Positions 7,568 to 16,372 are shown, counted from the first letter of the stretch. The stretch: 24,341 nt of DNA from Actinophytocola sp. (GCF_035712165.1 NZ_DASTBH010000307.1:1-24341), one strand, 5' to 3'. The notes: generated by a model not told the origin, from the sequence alone. Made by a program: numbers and translations.

Positions 7568-8962
7568 TTACCTCTCTTTTTCTGTTGATGGCAGGACTGT
7601 TTGCACCGGCGGCGCGGCCAGGCCGATGAGGGCTCCGGCGGTGAGCAGCACGGCGGGGATGTGCCAGAGGAAGTCGAATCCGCTGTGCACCAGAAGGGCC
7701 ACCAGTCCGGCGGCGGATCCCGCCCACAGCGCCACCGGACCGTGGCCGGGCCGGCCCCGCCGGACGAGGATCGCCACCGCGACGAGCAGGCACAGCACCA
7801 GCGCGAGCCCGATCGCGCCGAGCTCGACCAGCACCTGGAGGTACTCGTTGTGGACGTAGCGCATGGCGAGTTGCCGGCCGTCCTCGCCGGTCCAGGTGAA
7901 CCATCCCCGGCCTGGTCCGACGCCGAACACCGGCCGCGCCGCCACGACGTCGAGGGCCGCGTCCGTGGCGTGAACCCGGTCGGGAGAGCTCAGTGAGACC
8001 CGTCCGCCGATCAGGGTCCGGGGCGCCAGGCCCCACCCGATCATCGCCGCGCCGGTGCCGAGGGCGAGTGCCAGCCCGGTCAGCGCGGCAACAACCCGGA
8101 CCCTGCCGCGCAACCGGGTGAGCCCCGCCGTGACGGCCAGCCCGGCGAGCAGTGCGAGCACCGCCAGCACGGGCCGGGCGGGTGCTGTGGCGGGGAACAA
8201 CGGCACGAGGCCGGCCACCGCGACCGCGGCGCCGAGCCCGGGCGCGGCCAGGTGCGCCACCGTCGCGCGGACGCCGGCGAGCAGGCCCAGGACCACCAGA
8301 CCCACCAGCAGCGCGAGCAGCGCGGCGCGGCTCAGCGTGGCCGCGAGCCCGACCAGCAGCAGGTAGGTGACGGCCGCATACGGCACCGCCCGGGGGCGGG
8401 TCAGTTGCAGCGAGATCGCCAGCACCGAGACGGACGCGAGCAGTGCGCCGGCGGCGTTGGGGTAGGTGATCGTCGTCGCGGCCCGCCACAGTCCATTTGC
8501 GACAGTGGTCCAGGACGGAATCCGGAACACCACGGCGATCCAGCCACTCATGGCCATCAGCGCGCCGACGATGGTGATGACAACGGCGAACAGCTCCCGC
8601 TGTGCCGCGTCGGTGCGTTGCGCGACCAACAGCGCCGCGATGAGGCACACGATGCTCAGCACCGTGGGAACGGCCATCGTGACCGCGCCGGCCCCGACCG
8701 CACGCACCACGGCCCAGACGACCATCGCTCCGGCCGCCGACAATATCGGCCACATGCCGGACCACTGCCGATTGCGGGCGGCGAGGCAAAATGCGATGCA
8801 CACCAATACCGTTGCCAGCGCGCGGCCGGTCAGATGATAACCGCCCTGGGCAACAATCGCGGCCGCCATGGCCGCGACGAGAAGGAGGACATGGCCAGGC
8901 AGGGCGATATCAGTGCGCTGCCGGGCGACGTCCTGGTCCGGCGACAGCGTACCTTCCAGCAT
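7568..8962 (-). CDS. O-antigen ligase family (Wzy_C domain) polytopic membrane protein.
   Basis: 464 aa with about 10-12 predicted TM helices. The Wzy_C-like segment is LSRAALLALLVGL...YVHNEYLQVLVELGAIGLALVLCLLV, and the periplasmic loop contains TITYPNAAGALLA. A Shine-Dalgarno sequence (GGAGGG) lies 4 nt before the ATG at 8962. Confidence 0.8.
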   Translation of the reverse strand: MLEGTLSPDQDVARQRTDIALPGHVLLLVAAMAAAIVAQGGYHLTGRALATVLVCIAFCLAARNRQWSGMWPILSAAGAMVVWAVVRAVGAGAVTMAVPTVLSIVCLIAALLVAQRTDAAQRELFAVVITIVGALMAMSGWIAVVFRIPSWTTVANGLWRAATTITYPNAAGALLASVSVLAISLQLTRPRAVPYAAVTYLLLVGLAATLSRAALLALLVGLVVLGLLAGVRATVAHLAAPGLGAAVAVAGLVPLFPATAPARPVLAVLALLAGLAVTAGLTRLRGRVRVVAALTGLALALGTGAAMIGWGLAPRTLIGGRVSLSSPDRVHATDAALDVVAARPVFGVGPGRGWFTWTGEDGRQLAMRYVHNEYLQVLVELGAIGLALVLCLLVAVAILVRRGRPGHGPVALWAGSAAGLVALLVHSGFDFLWHIPAVLLTAGALIGLAAPPVQTVLPSTEKER

Positions 8963-9213
8963 CGGCCCTCCAGGTTTGTTGCACGCATCGGAGAACGCAT
9001 GTCCGGTGCTGGAAGCTGCTCATGGAGCAGAAAGAATGATGCCCAGGATTCGTCCGGTAGGAGACGAATCAATCAATGCACCCGTAGTGAGAAACCTAAG
9101 AAGGCATGCCTAACACAAGTATTGAGTCTTCATGAACATCCCCAGTCGCCAGTTTGGATGAAACTGCGTTCATCGCAGGCGATCCTACTTCAGGTCATCA
9201 TGAGCGTCAATGG
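8963..9213 (-). promoter_or_regulatory. AT-rich intergenic island (about 50% GC) upstream of the Wzy_C/small-secreted-protein operon. It is a probable promoter region.
   Basis: This is a marked local GC drop between the MFS gene stop (9214) and the Wzy_C start (8962). It contains the 8-bp palindrome TTCATGAA (9127..9134) and an ATGAAC...GTTCAT inverted repeat. Confidence 0.3.
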
Positions 9214-10812
9214 TCAGCCCAGGAGGTTTCCCTCGCTGGAGCTCGATGGTGCGGGGTCTGGTAGCCGCATCATGCGGAACGCGTTGAGGAACCCGATGAG
9301 CCCGGCGAGCATAGGAATGAGCAGCGCGATCTGCAGGGCGAGATGCCGTGCGTCCGTGTTGATTCGGATGATCTCGTCCTGAACCTCTTCGGGCCGGTCG
9401 ACGAGCAACTGTTCGAGCTGCGTGTTGCTCATGACCTGCGCGTCGTCCTCCAGTCGCTGCGCGACCTGGACCTGGTCGGCCTCGGGAAGTACGGCGCTGT
9501 CCTCCGCCATCGCGGTGAAGCTGATCGACAGCATCGCCAGCATGACCGCACCGGCGAAGGCCAAACCGAATGACAGCCCGAACGATCCGGCCGCCGAGTT
9601 GGTGCCGGCCGCCTCGCTGACCCGCTCGTTCGAGATCGGGGACAGCGTGTAGTTGTTGAGCTGAGACACCAGCAGGCCCAAACCCGATCCCGCGATCAGG
9701 AGCGGGACGATGAGTGCCCACCCGAACTCGGCTCGGGGCACGATCGGGATCAGCAGGGCTATTCCGATGGTGAGCAGCAGGAATCCCCACCGGACAACGC
9801 TGCTGGGGCGTCGCCGCCCGGATCTCTTCCCGGCGAGCAACGCCATTCCGAACATGCTGAGGGAGAGCGGAGCGAGGGACAGGCCCGCCTGCAACGCGTT
9901 GTACTCGAGCACCATCTGCAGGTAGATCGGCAGCACGATCATCGTGCCGCCCAGGGCGATCTGCTGGAGCATCTGCTGGGAGATCCCCAGCCTGAACATC
10001 TTCGAGGCGAACAGGTCGGGATCCAGCAGGGTCGGCTTTCCCCGGCGTTTGCGCCGCACCAGCCACCACACCAGGGTGGCCAGCGCGATCGCTCCGACCC
10101 CGATGAACGCGCCGACGGCTTCGCCACCCTCCTGCCAGACCAGGATGCCCAGGACGATGCCGCCCATGCCCAGGACGGAGAGCAGGGCGCCGACGAGGTC
10201 GACGCTTCGGGGACCGGTGTATGCCACGTCGCGAACGAGGCCGAGACCGGACAGCACGATCGCGATGATGACGACCTCGAGCGCGAACGCGACGCGCCAG
10301 GACAGGAAGGTGGTGATGAACCCGCCGAGCAGCGGACCGATCGCGGCGGCGATCGCGGCCGCCGCCCCGACCAGGGCGTAGACCCGCGTCTGAGCCGCTC
10401 CCTCGAAGTTGCCGTGGATCAGCGACTGCATCCCCGGGAGCAGCAACGATGCGCCGATCCCGCCCAGCACCGCCCAGAAGATGATGATCGCGGTGAGGCC
10501 CTGGGCGAATGTCATGGCCAGCGCGCCGATGGCGTAGCCGAGCAAACCCAACGTGTAGGCCCGCTTGCGGCCGATCAGGTCGCCGACCTTGCCGCCGATC
10601 AGGATGAACGCGGCCGATACCAGCGCCTCGAGCGCGATCGCCGACTGGACGCCGCTGACGGTCGTGCCCAGATCATGGACCACCGCCGAGATCGAGACGT
10701 TCATCAGGGACGTGTCGACCACGAGCACGAACATCGCCATCGCCAGCAGGAGCGGGAGCAGCCGATGATGGCCGGCCTGCGCAGCGCCTCCGGTGTTCGC
10801 CTCAGCAGTCAT
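9214..10812 (-). CDS. MFS transporter, DHA2 (14-TMS drug:H+ antiporter, EmrB/QacA-like) family.
   Basis: 532 aa. The MFS motif A-like sequence is GGKVGDLIGRKRAYTLGLL. There are many TM helices. The central and C-terminal extension after TMS 12 is typical of DHA2. No Shine-Dalgarno sequence precedes the ATG at 10812, but an upstream leader ORF overlaps it. Confidence 0.9.
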   Translation of the reverse strand: MTAEANTGGAAQAGHHRLLPLLLAMAMFVLVVDTSLMNVSISAVVHDLGTTVSGVQSAIALEALVSAAFILIGGKVGDLIGRKRAYTLGLLGYAIGALAMTFAQGLTAIIIFWAVLGGIGASLLLPGMQSLIHGNFEGAAQTRVYALVGAAAAIAAAIGPLLGGFITTFLSWRVAFALEVVIIAIVLSGLGLVRDVAYTGPRSVDLVGALLSVLGMGGIVLGILVWQEGGEAVGAFIGVGAIALATLVWWLVRRKRRGKPTLLDPDLFASKMFRLGISQQMLQQIALGGTMIVLPIYLQMVLEYNALQAGLSLAPLSLSMFGMALLAGKRSGRRRPSSVVRWGFLLLTIGIALLIPIVPRAEFGWALIVPLLIAGSGLGLLVSQLNNYTLSPISNERVSEAAGTNSAAGSFGLSFGLAFAGAVMLAMLSISFTAMAEDSAVLPEADQVQVAQRLEDDAQVMSNTQLEQLLVDRPEEVQDEIIRINTDARHLALQIALLIPMLAGLIGFLNAFRMMRLPDPAPSSSSEGNLLG

Positions 10813-10891
10813 GGAGGCCCGACCACCGCGTACTGACCGTCGACCGCAGGAGATCCCCCTGCGACCCCCTGCCTGCCGGGAGTGTGGTCAT
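10802..10891 (-). CDS. Candidate 29-codon leader peptide (uORF) overlapping the MFS start.
   Basis: On the minus strand the sequence reads AGGAGGAACCGG ATG ACC ACA CTC CCG GCA GGC AGG GGG TCG CAG GGG GAT CTC CTG CGG TCG ACG GTC AGT ACG CGG TGG TCG GGC CTC CAT GAC TGC TGA. There is a perfect Shine-Dalgarno sequence 6 nt before the ATG at 10891. The stop TGA at 10802..10804 lies 8 nt inside the MFS CDS. The peptide is MTTLPAGRGSQGDLLRSTVSTRWSGLHDC. Confidence 0.3.
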   Translation of the reverse strand: MTTLPAGRGSQGDLLRSTVSTRWSGLHDC

Positions 10892-11119
10892 CCGGTTCCT
10901 CCTGGGACGATGCCGGGCACATCTGCGATCGTCGCGCCGCCACCTGGGGTCTTCCTCATCCGCCAGGGGTGAGCCGACGGGTGATCCCGGCGACGACCGG
11001 GCCGCCGACCAGCCCGGACCGGCGCGAATCCAACCGTTGACGAATCTCTACACCGGATCCTCACCCACCCGGGCGCATCGCGCGAGCCGGAAGCACCGGG
11101 CGAGTTCGGTGCCGGCCGG

Positions 11120-12595
11120 CTATCCGGCGACGTCGACCGCGCCGAGGTCCAGGATCCGCACGGGGTCGAACGGTCCGACCCGGATTCGCTCGCTCCACAC
11201 CGCATGGGCATGGCGCGACCACAGCGGTACCAGCGGCAGGTCGCGCAGCAGTTGGTTCTCGGCCACGCGGTACAACTGGTCCCGCTCGGCCAGTTCGGTC
11301 GCGGCGTCGGCGGCCGCGAGCAGTTCGGCGAACCCGGCCGGGGCGTAGCCCGGAATGCCGACCATGGGTTCGCGTGGGCTCGGGGTGAACAGCGGACGCG
11401 AGACCACGACGAGGCCGTCCGGGTCCTGGCCCTCACCGAGCGGTTTGGCCACGACGTCCAGGCCAAGGGCGTCACGCAGTTGCGCGACCAGCGCGCCGAC
11501 CCAGGGTTGCTGTGCGGCGTCGTGGTAGACGTTCACCGGGCCGGCGAACCCCTCGACCTGGCCCAGTAACGACTTCGCTGCCGCGGCATCGTGGTTGCAC
11601 GGCCGGCACACCGCGGAGCGTTGGGGCAACGCGACCGACGGCGGCAGCAGGGAACGGGCCGGATCCACCTGACGGTCGAGCGGCCCGGCCTCCAACGCCG
11701 CGCGGTCCACCGCCAACGCGACCGCATGGCGAACGGCCGGATCGCGGAACCTGGCGTCCGACAACGGAAATCTCAGATAGGTCGCCTCGGGCAGCGGCAC
11801 CACGACGTGCCGGTTGCCGAAGTCGGTCCGCATGGCGTCGTGGCGGGAGCCGGGCACGGCGCTGGCCAGGTCGAGCGTCCCGGCGCGGACCTGCTCGTAC
11901 TGGGAGCCGGGATCGTTCACCAGCCGCACGACGATTTCCCGGGCGTTGCCGCGCGCATAACCCTGGTAGCCCTCGAAACGCACCAGCCGCACCCCGTCCC
12001 GCCACTGCCCGTCCAGCCGGTACGGTCCGGTCCCGATGGGCTTCGCGCCGAACCCGGCCCAGTCCCGTGACGCCAGAACGGAATCCGGCAGCGGCAGCAG
12101 CGCGAGCGAGCTGAGCACGAGAGGCAACTGGGTGAACGGCCGGGCCAGCACAAGCTCGATGGTGAGGTCGTCGACCCCCCGCATGTCCTTGGCGCCCATG
12201 ACATCGGTGAGAACCGACGCGCCCGGCCAACGTTCGGCGATCGCCGCCTGCCAGGCGCCGGTGTAGGAGCGGGCGGTGACGGCGGAACCGTCGTGGAACC
12301 GCACACCCGGACGCAGCTTAATGGTCCACACCACCTGGTCCGGGCTGGTGACCGAGAGGGCCGCGAGCGGCTTGACCTCATGGGTTTCGGGGTCGTGGGT
12401 GGTCAGCGGTGTCCAGAGCGCACCGGCGATCAGCTGCCCGGTCAGGTCCGTCAACCGGGCGGGCAGCAGGCTGGCCGGCTCGCGCACGCCCACCACGTAC
12501 GTCCCCGGTTCGGATGCTGGCGTCGCGGTATCCGTGCACGCCGATCCGGCCAGGACGACCGCGATCACCAGGAGCCGAACCTTGAGTGCGCTCAT
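11120..12595 (-). CDS. ABC transporter substrate-binding lipoprotein, family 5 (peptide/nickel/opine-type SBP).
   Basis: The start at the ATG at 12595 follows a GGGGGTG Shine-Dalgarno sequence and gives MSALKVRLLVIAVVLAGSACTD, with a lipobox (LAGSAC). The body matches family-5 SBPs (PGVRFHDGSAVTA...GTGPYRL...). It contains an in-frame TTA codon (TCG TTA CTG at 11567..11569). The 582-aa track ORF includes a 91-aa N-terminal extension that is not real. Confidence 0.85.
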   Translation of the reverse strand: MSALKVRLLVIAVVLAGSACTDTATPASEPGTYVVGVREPASLLPARLTDLTGQLIAGALWTPLTTHDPETHEVKPLAALSVTSPDQVVWTIKLRPGVRFHDGSAVTARSYTGAWQAAIAERWPGASVLTDVMGAKDMRGVDDLTIELVLARPFTQLPLVLSSLALLPLPDSVLASRDWAGFGAKPIGTGPYRLDGQWRDGVRLVRFEGYQGYARGNAREIVVRLVNDPGSQYEQVRAGTLDLASAVPGSRHDAMRTDFGNRHVVVPLPEATYLRFPLSDARFRDPAVRHAVALAVDRAALEAGPLDRQVDPARSLLPPSVALPQRSAVCRPCNHDAAAAKSLLGQVEGFAGPVNVYHDAAQQPWVGALVAQLRDALGLDVVAKPLGEGQDPDGLVVVSRPLFTPSPREPMVGIPGYAPAGFAELLAAADAATELAERDQLYRVAENQLLRDLPLVPLWSRHAHAVWSERIRVGPFDPVRILDLGAVDVAG

Positions 12596-12641
12596 CACCC
12601 CGGATACGGTAGGTGGGATTAGCGACCACTGGGAGGCAGAG

Positions 12642-14018
12642 GTGCGCACCTGGTTGCTCCGATCGAGTGTCGTCGTCCCCGCGGTGGTCGCCCTGGCGCT
12701 CACGTCGATTCCCGCGAACGCCTGCAACGAGGCCAGTCCCGGTCCCGCGGCGGAGGCCGGGCACGTGCACGCGGCCGCGCCCGCCGTGACAGCGGCAGGG
12801 ACATCGGCGACCAAGAACGTGCGGCACCTGGCGAACCTGCCCGATGCGGCGGGCGCGATCGCCATCAACTTCCTTCGCTACGGGCACCGCGACATCATGT
12901 TCGTCGCCGGCCAGTTCGGGCTCAGGTCCTACGACATCACCCGAGACCCGACCAGACCGCGGTTCCTGTCCGAGGTGTCGATGCCCGGCATGTGGCAGAT
13001 GGAGGACACCGAGGTCGACCCGGTGCGCAAGCTGGTGTTCCTGGCCAGGGACCCACGTGCGTTCGGCGGCAACGTGCTGACCGGGGAGTCCGGCATCTAC
13101 ACCGTGGACGCCTCGCGCCCGGAGGCCCTCGCGGTGATCAGCTATGTCCAGGTGCCGGCCGGCCACACCACCAGTTGCGTCAACCGCTGCCAGTACCTCT
13201 GGACCGGTGGCCCGGCCAAGGCCGCGACCATGCCGGCGGAATGGGGCGGCCGCCCGATCTGGGTGACCGACGTGCGCAACCCACGCAGTCCCGTCGTGTT
13301 CCCCAACCCGATCGACCTTGGCCGCAACGACGGCAAGACCGACTACTCGCACGACGTGCAGGTCGACGCCATGGGGATCGCCTGGGTGTCCGGCCGGGGC
13401 GGCACCCGGGGCTACTGGACCGAGGGGTGGCACCGAGACCCGCTGACCGGCAAGGCGCGCCGGGCGACCGCGCTCAACCCGATTCCCTATGCCGGCGGCG
13501 GTATCGACGAGCTCGCGGCGCCGTCCCGGTTCATGCACAACAGTTTCCGGCCGGTCGGTCACCGCTCCGCCGACGGCGGCGAGCACGAGCGCTGGGGTCG
13601 TGGCGGCAACCTGGTCTACGTCACCGAGGAGAACTTCGCCGACGGATGTGCGGGCGACGGCGTGCTGGTGATCGCCTCGCTGCGTGGTTCGTTCAACGGC
13701 GAGGGCTGGCGGTCGACACCGGAGCAGCCGTTCCGCCTGCAACCGGTCGGCACCTGGGGCGTGGCCGGGCAGGAAGGCAGCGACCCGGACAGCGCCGACT
13801 GCTCGGCGCACTATTTCCAGGTGCAGGGCAACATCCTGGTGCAGGCCTTCTATGCGCAGGGAACCCGGTTCCTCGACATCAGCGATCCCACCAACCCCAC
13901 CCAGATCGCCTACTTCCGCCCCGGCGACGGCCGCGCGTGGGCGCCCTACTGGCACCGTGGCTACGTCTTCGTCGCCGACAACGTGCGGGGCGTCGACATC
14001 CTCAAGCTGGGCAGGTGA
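12642..14018 (+). CDS. Secreted LVIVD-repeat beta-propeller protein.
   Basis: The GTG start at 12642 is preceded by GGGAGG (12631..12636). The signal peptide is VRTWLLRSSVVVPAVVALALTSIPANA. LVIVD-like repeat signatures include RFLDISDPTNPTQIAYF, GYVFVADNVRGVDILKL and YDITRDPTRPRFLSEV. The 580-aa track ORF overlaps the divergent SBP gene and is over-extended. Confidence 0.7.
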   Translation: MRTWLLRSSVVVPAVVALALTSIPANACNEASPGPAAEAGHVHAAAPAVTAAGTSATKNVRHLANLPDAAGAIAINFLRYGHRDIMFVAGQFGLRSYDITRDPTRPRFLSEVSMPGMWQMEDTEVDPVRKLVFLARDPRAFGGNVLTGESGIYTVDASRPEALAVISYVQVPAGHTTSCVNRCQYLWTGGPAKAATMPAEWGGRPIWVTDVRNPRSPVVFPNPIDLGRNDGKTDYSHDVQVDAMGIAWVSGRGGTRGYWTEGWHRDPLTGKARRATALNPIPYAGGGIDELAAPSRFMHNSFRPVGHRSADGGEHERWGRGGNLVYVTEENFADGCAGDGVLVIASLRGSFNGEGWRSTPEQPFRLQPVGTWGVAGQEGSDPDSADCSAHYFQVQGNILVQAFYAQGTRFLDISDPTNPTQIAYFRPGDGRAWAPYWHRGYVFVADNVRGVDILKLGR

Positions 14019-14087
14019 GGCGCCCGGCCGGCACTCGGTCGCGGTGGTGAGGAATGTGGCCATGCGGCGACTGGGTCGGACCGTCCG

Positions 14088-14921
14088 GTGAGGGGCGAAC
14101 CACGGTTTCGTGGCCGGCGCGGCTGCCGGTTGATCACCGAGGTGGACGGCGTCGCGATCTGCGAGCAACTGTGCGTGGAGGACCGGGCCTCGTGGGTCGG
14201 ACCCGGTTACCGGCGGGACTACGTGCTGACCATGCAGCGCGCCGGCGGGTTCCGGTGCAGGGCCGACGGGCACGAGCACTTCCTCGACCCGACCGTGGTG
14301 AACTTCGAGTGGCCGGGCGAGGAGTTCTCCGTCGCGCATCCGCTCGGGCCGTGCGCTCCCGCCACGTTGATCGTCCTGCCGCCGGAGTTGGGCGCCGGTG
14401 AGCTGTCCGACCGGATGGCCAGCGAGGCGCCCCGGACCGGGCCGGTCGAGCTGGCGCACTGGGCGTTGGTGACGGCGTGCCGGCGCGGCGTCGACCGGTT
14501 CGAGGTGGCCGAGCGGCTGTGGGGACTGCTGGACCTGTTGCCGCGCCCGCAGGAACCGGTCCGGGTCGCCGGCCGCAGGCCGCCGACCGCGCTGGCTCAC
14601 CGTCGGCTGGTCGATGCGGCCCGAGAAGTGTTGTCCAGCGGGGATTTCTCGCTCTCGCTCGACGCGATCGCCCGCCGGGTGGGCTGCTCGGCGGCGCATC
14701 TGAGCCGGGTGTTCCGGCAGACCGCCGGGTGCAGCCTCACCAGCTACCGCAACGACCTGAGGATGCGGGCGGTGCTGCGGGATATCGCCGACGGCGCACC
14801 GTCGCTGCGCATTCTCGCGGCCACCTACGGGTTCGCCGACCAGGCGCACCTGACACGGGTCGCCCGGGCCCGGCTCGGCCTGCCCCCGAGCCGGGTGCGC
14901 GCTCTGCTCGATCCGGCATAG
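14088..14921 (+). CDS. AraC-family transcriptional regulator.
   Basis: The C-terminal dual HTH matches AraC/XylS (LSLDAIARRVGCSAAHLSRVFRQTAGCSLTSYRNDLRMRAVLRDIADGAPSLRILAATYGFADQAHLTRVAR). The N-terminal sensing domain precedes it. The start is uncertain: GTG at 14088 or a later start. Confidence 0.8.
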   Translation: MRGEPRFRGRRGCRLITEVDGVAICEQLCVEDRASWVGPGYRRDYVLTMQRAGGFRCRADGHEHFLDPTVVNFEWPGEEFSVAHPLGPCAPATLIVLPPELGAGELSDRMASEAPRTGPVELAHWALVTACRRGVDRFEVAERLWGLLDLLPRPQEPVRVAGRRPPTALAHRRLVDAAREVLSSGDFSLSLDAIARRVGCSAAHLSRVFRQTAGCSLTSYRNDLRMRAVLRDIADGAPSLRILAATYGFADQAHLTRVARARLGLPPSRVRALLDPA

Positions 14922-14951
14922 TGGACAAGAATCATCAAGGCGCACCGCAGG

Positions 14952-16355
14952 GTGGTGTGCGAGGTTGACGCGGTGCGCAGACCCTTCCGAGTTTCGCTGA
15001 TCGCGCTGACCGCGGCGCTCACCGCCGGACTGTGCGGTTTGCCGGCCGCCGACGCCGCGCCCGCGCGGCACCGGACCCCCACCCTGGCCGATCCGCGGCC
15101 GTGTCCCGGTCTGACCGGCGTCACCTGCGCCTACCTGGAGGTGCCGCTCGATCGGGGCGGGTCGGTGCCCGACCGGTTGCGGCTCAAGGTGGCCATGGCC
15201 GACAACGTGGACGCCCCGCGCGGTGTGCTGGTGGTGCTCAGCGGCGGCCCCGGCCAGCCGGGCGTGCCGTTCTTCCAGCCGTTGCGGGAGTCGCTGCGCG
15301 GTGCGCTGACCGACTACCGGCTGGTCATGATCGATCAGCGCGGCACCGGTGAGACCGCGGTGAGCTGCCCGCAGGTGCAGCGGGAGGTGGGCAGCTCCGA
15401 TATCCGGGCGGCCAGTCCGGAGGCCGTTCGCGCGTGCGCGGACAGCCTCGGCGAACGCCGGAACTTCTACACCAGCGCCGAGACCGTCGCCGACCTCGAC
15501 GACCTGCGAGTCGCGCTCGGCGCTCGCTCCTGGACCCTCGACGGCGTGTCGTACGGCACGTTCGTGGCGCAGCGGTATGCCCTCACCCACCCGCACCGGC
15601 TCCGCAGGCTCGTCCTCGACTCCGTGGTGCGGCAGGACAACGCCGACCCGCTCTACGTCGCGGCGCTGTCCGCGTCCGGGACGGTGCTGCGGGTCGCCTG
15701 CCGGGAACAGGCCTGCCCGTCCGACCCGGCCCGGGACCTCGCCGAAGCCCTGCGCCGCACCGGCCGTCCGGTGGAGCTGCTCGACATGCTGATCATCTTC
15801 AGCATCATCGACCCCAAGCTGACGGATCCGACTTTCTCGGTGCTCGACCGGCTGCGCGCGGCAGGCGCCGGAGACCCGGGTCCGATCACCGAGCTACTCG
15901 GCTGGTTCAGCGCCCCGGACGACTCGCCGATGGAACTGTTCAGCGCCGGCCTGCACCTGGCCACGTTGTGCGCCGACGTCCGCGACATGCCCTGGGGCGA
16001 CTCGTCCGCGCCGCTGGAGGTTCGGGACCGTGCGGTGCAACGTGCCGTCGCGCGGCTTCCGGGCAGCGCCACGTGGCCATTTCCCAAGCAGACCGCCGGA
16101 CAGCAGGGGATTGTCGCCAACTGCCGGCACTGGCCGCCGTCCCGGCCGATCCCGCCGACCCCGTTCCATCGCCTGACCATGCCGGCCCTGCTTCTGGCCG
16201 GCGACCGCGACCTGTCCACACCGGTGCGCTGGGCGCAGGAGCAGGAATCCAGGATGAGCAACGCAAAGCTCGTGGTCATACCCGGCGCCGGTCACTCCGT
16301 CCAACGCCGCTCGACCGGCGGCGCCCAGGAAGCGGTGCGGTTCCTCCTGTCCTGA
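14952..16355 (+). CDS. Secreted alpha/beta-hydrolase, S33 (tripeptidyl/prolyl aminopeptidase, TAP-like) family.
   Basis: The signal peptide is RRPFRVSLIALTAALTAGLCGLPAADA. The oxyanion region is VVLSGGPGQPG. The nucleophile elbow GVSYGTF has the GxSxG motif. The length and the C-terminal cap are typical of S33 peptidases. The start is GTG at 14952. Confidence 0.85.
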   Translation: MVCEVDAVRRPFRVSLIALTAALTAGLCGLPAADAAPARHRTPTLADPRPCPGLTGVTCAYLEVPLDRGGSVPDRLRLKVAMADNVDAPRGVLVVLSGGPGQPGVPFFQPLRESLRGALTDYRLVMIDQRGTGETAVSCPQVQREVGSSDIRAASPEAVRACADSLGERRNFYTSAETVADLDDLRVALGARSWTLDGVSYGTFVAQRYALTHPHRLRRLVLDSVVRQDNADPLYVAALSASGTVLRVACREQACPSDPARDLAEALRRTGRPVELLDMLIIFSIIDPKLTDPTFSVLDRLRAAGAGDPGPITELLGWFSAPDDSPMELFSAGLHLATLCADVRDMPWGDSSAPLEVRDRAVQRAVARLPGSATWPFPKQTAGQQGIVANCRHWPPSRPIPPTPFHRLTMPALLLAGDRDLSTPVRWAQEQESRMSNAKLVVIPGAGHSVQRRSTGGAQEAVRFLLS

Positions 16356-16357
16356 AT

Positions 16358-16372
16358 GGTCCACAGTGGACC
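16358..16372. terminator. 15-bp perfect palindrome GGTCCACAGTGGACC. It fills the 23-bp gap between the convergent hydrolase and M23 peptidase genes and may act as a bidirectional terminator or a binding site.
   Basis: GGTCCAC and GTGGACC are exact reverse complements around a central A. There is no U-tract, so intrinsic-terminator function is uncertain. Confidence 0.35.

Noticed and set aside
7086-8801. A 571-aa minus-strand ORF.
   Set aside because: Only the last 159 codons, from the ATG at 7562, are a real gene (the small secreted protein). The upstream 400 codons are an alternative frame through the Wzy_C gene. They are Arg/Gly/Pro-rich.
12378-15596. A 1072-aa minus-strand ORF.
   Set aside because: It is an antisense shadow across three well-supported plus-strand genes: the LVIVD protein, the AraC regulator and the S33 hydrolase. 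It is low-complexity RG-rich sequence.
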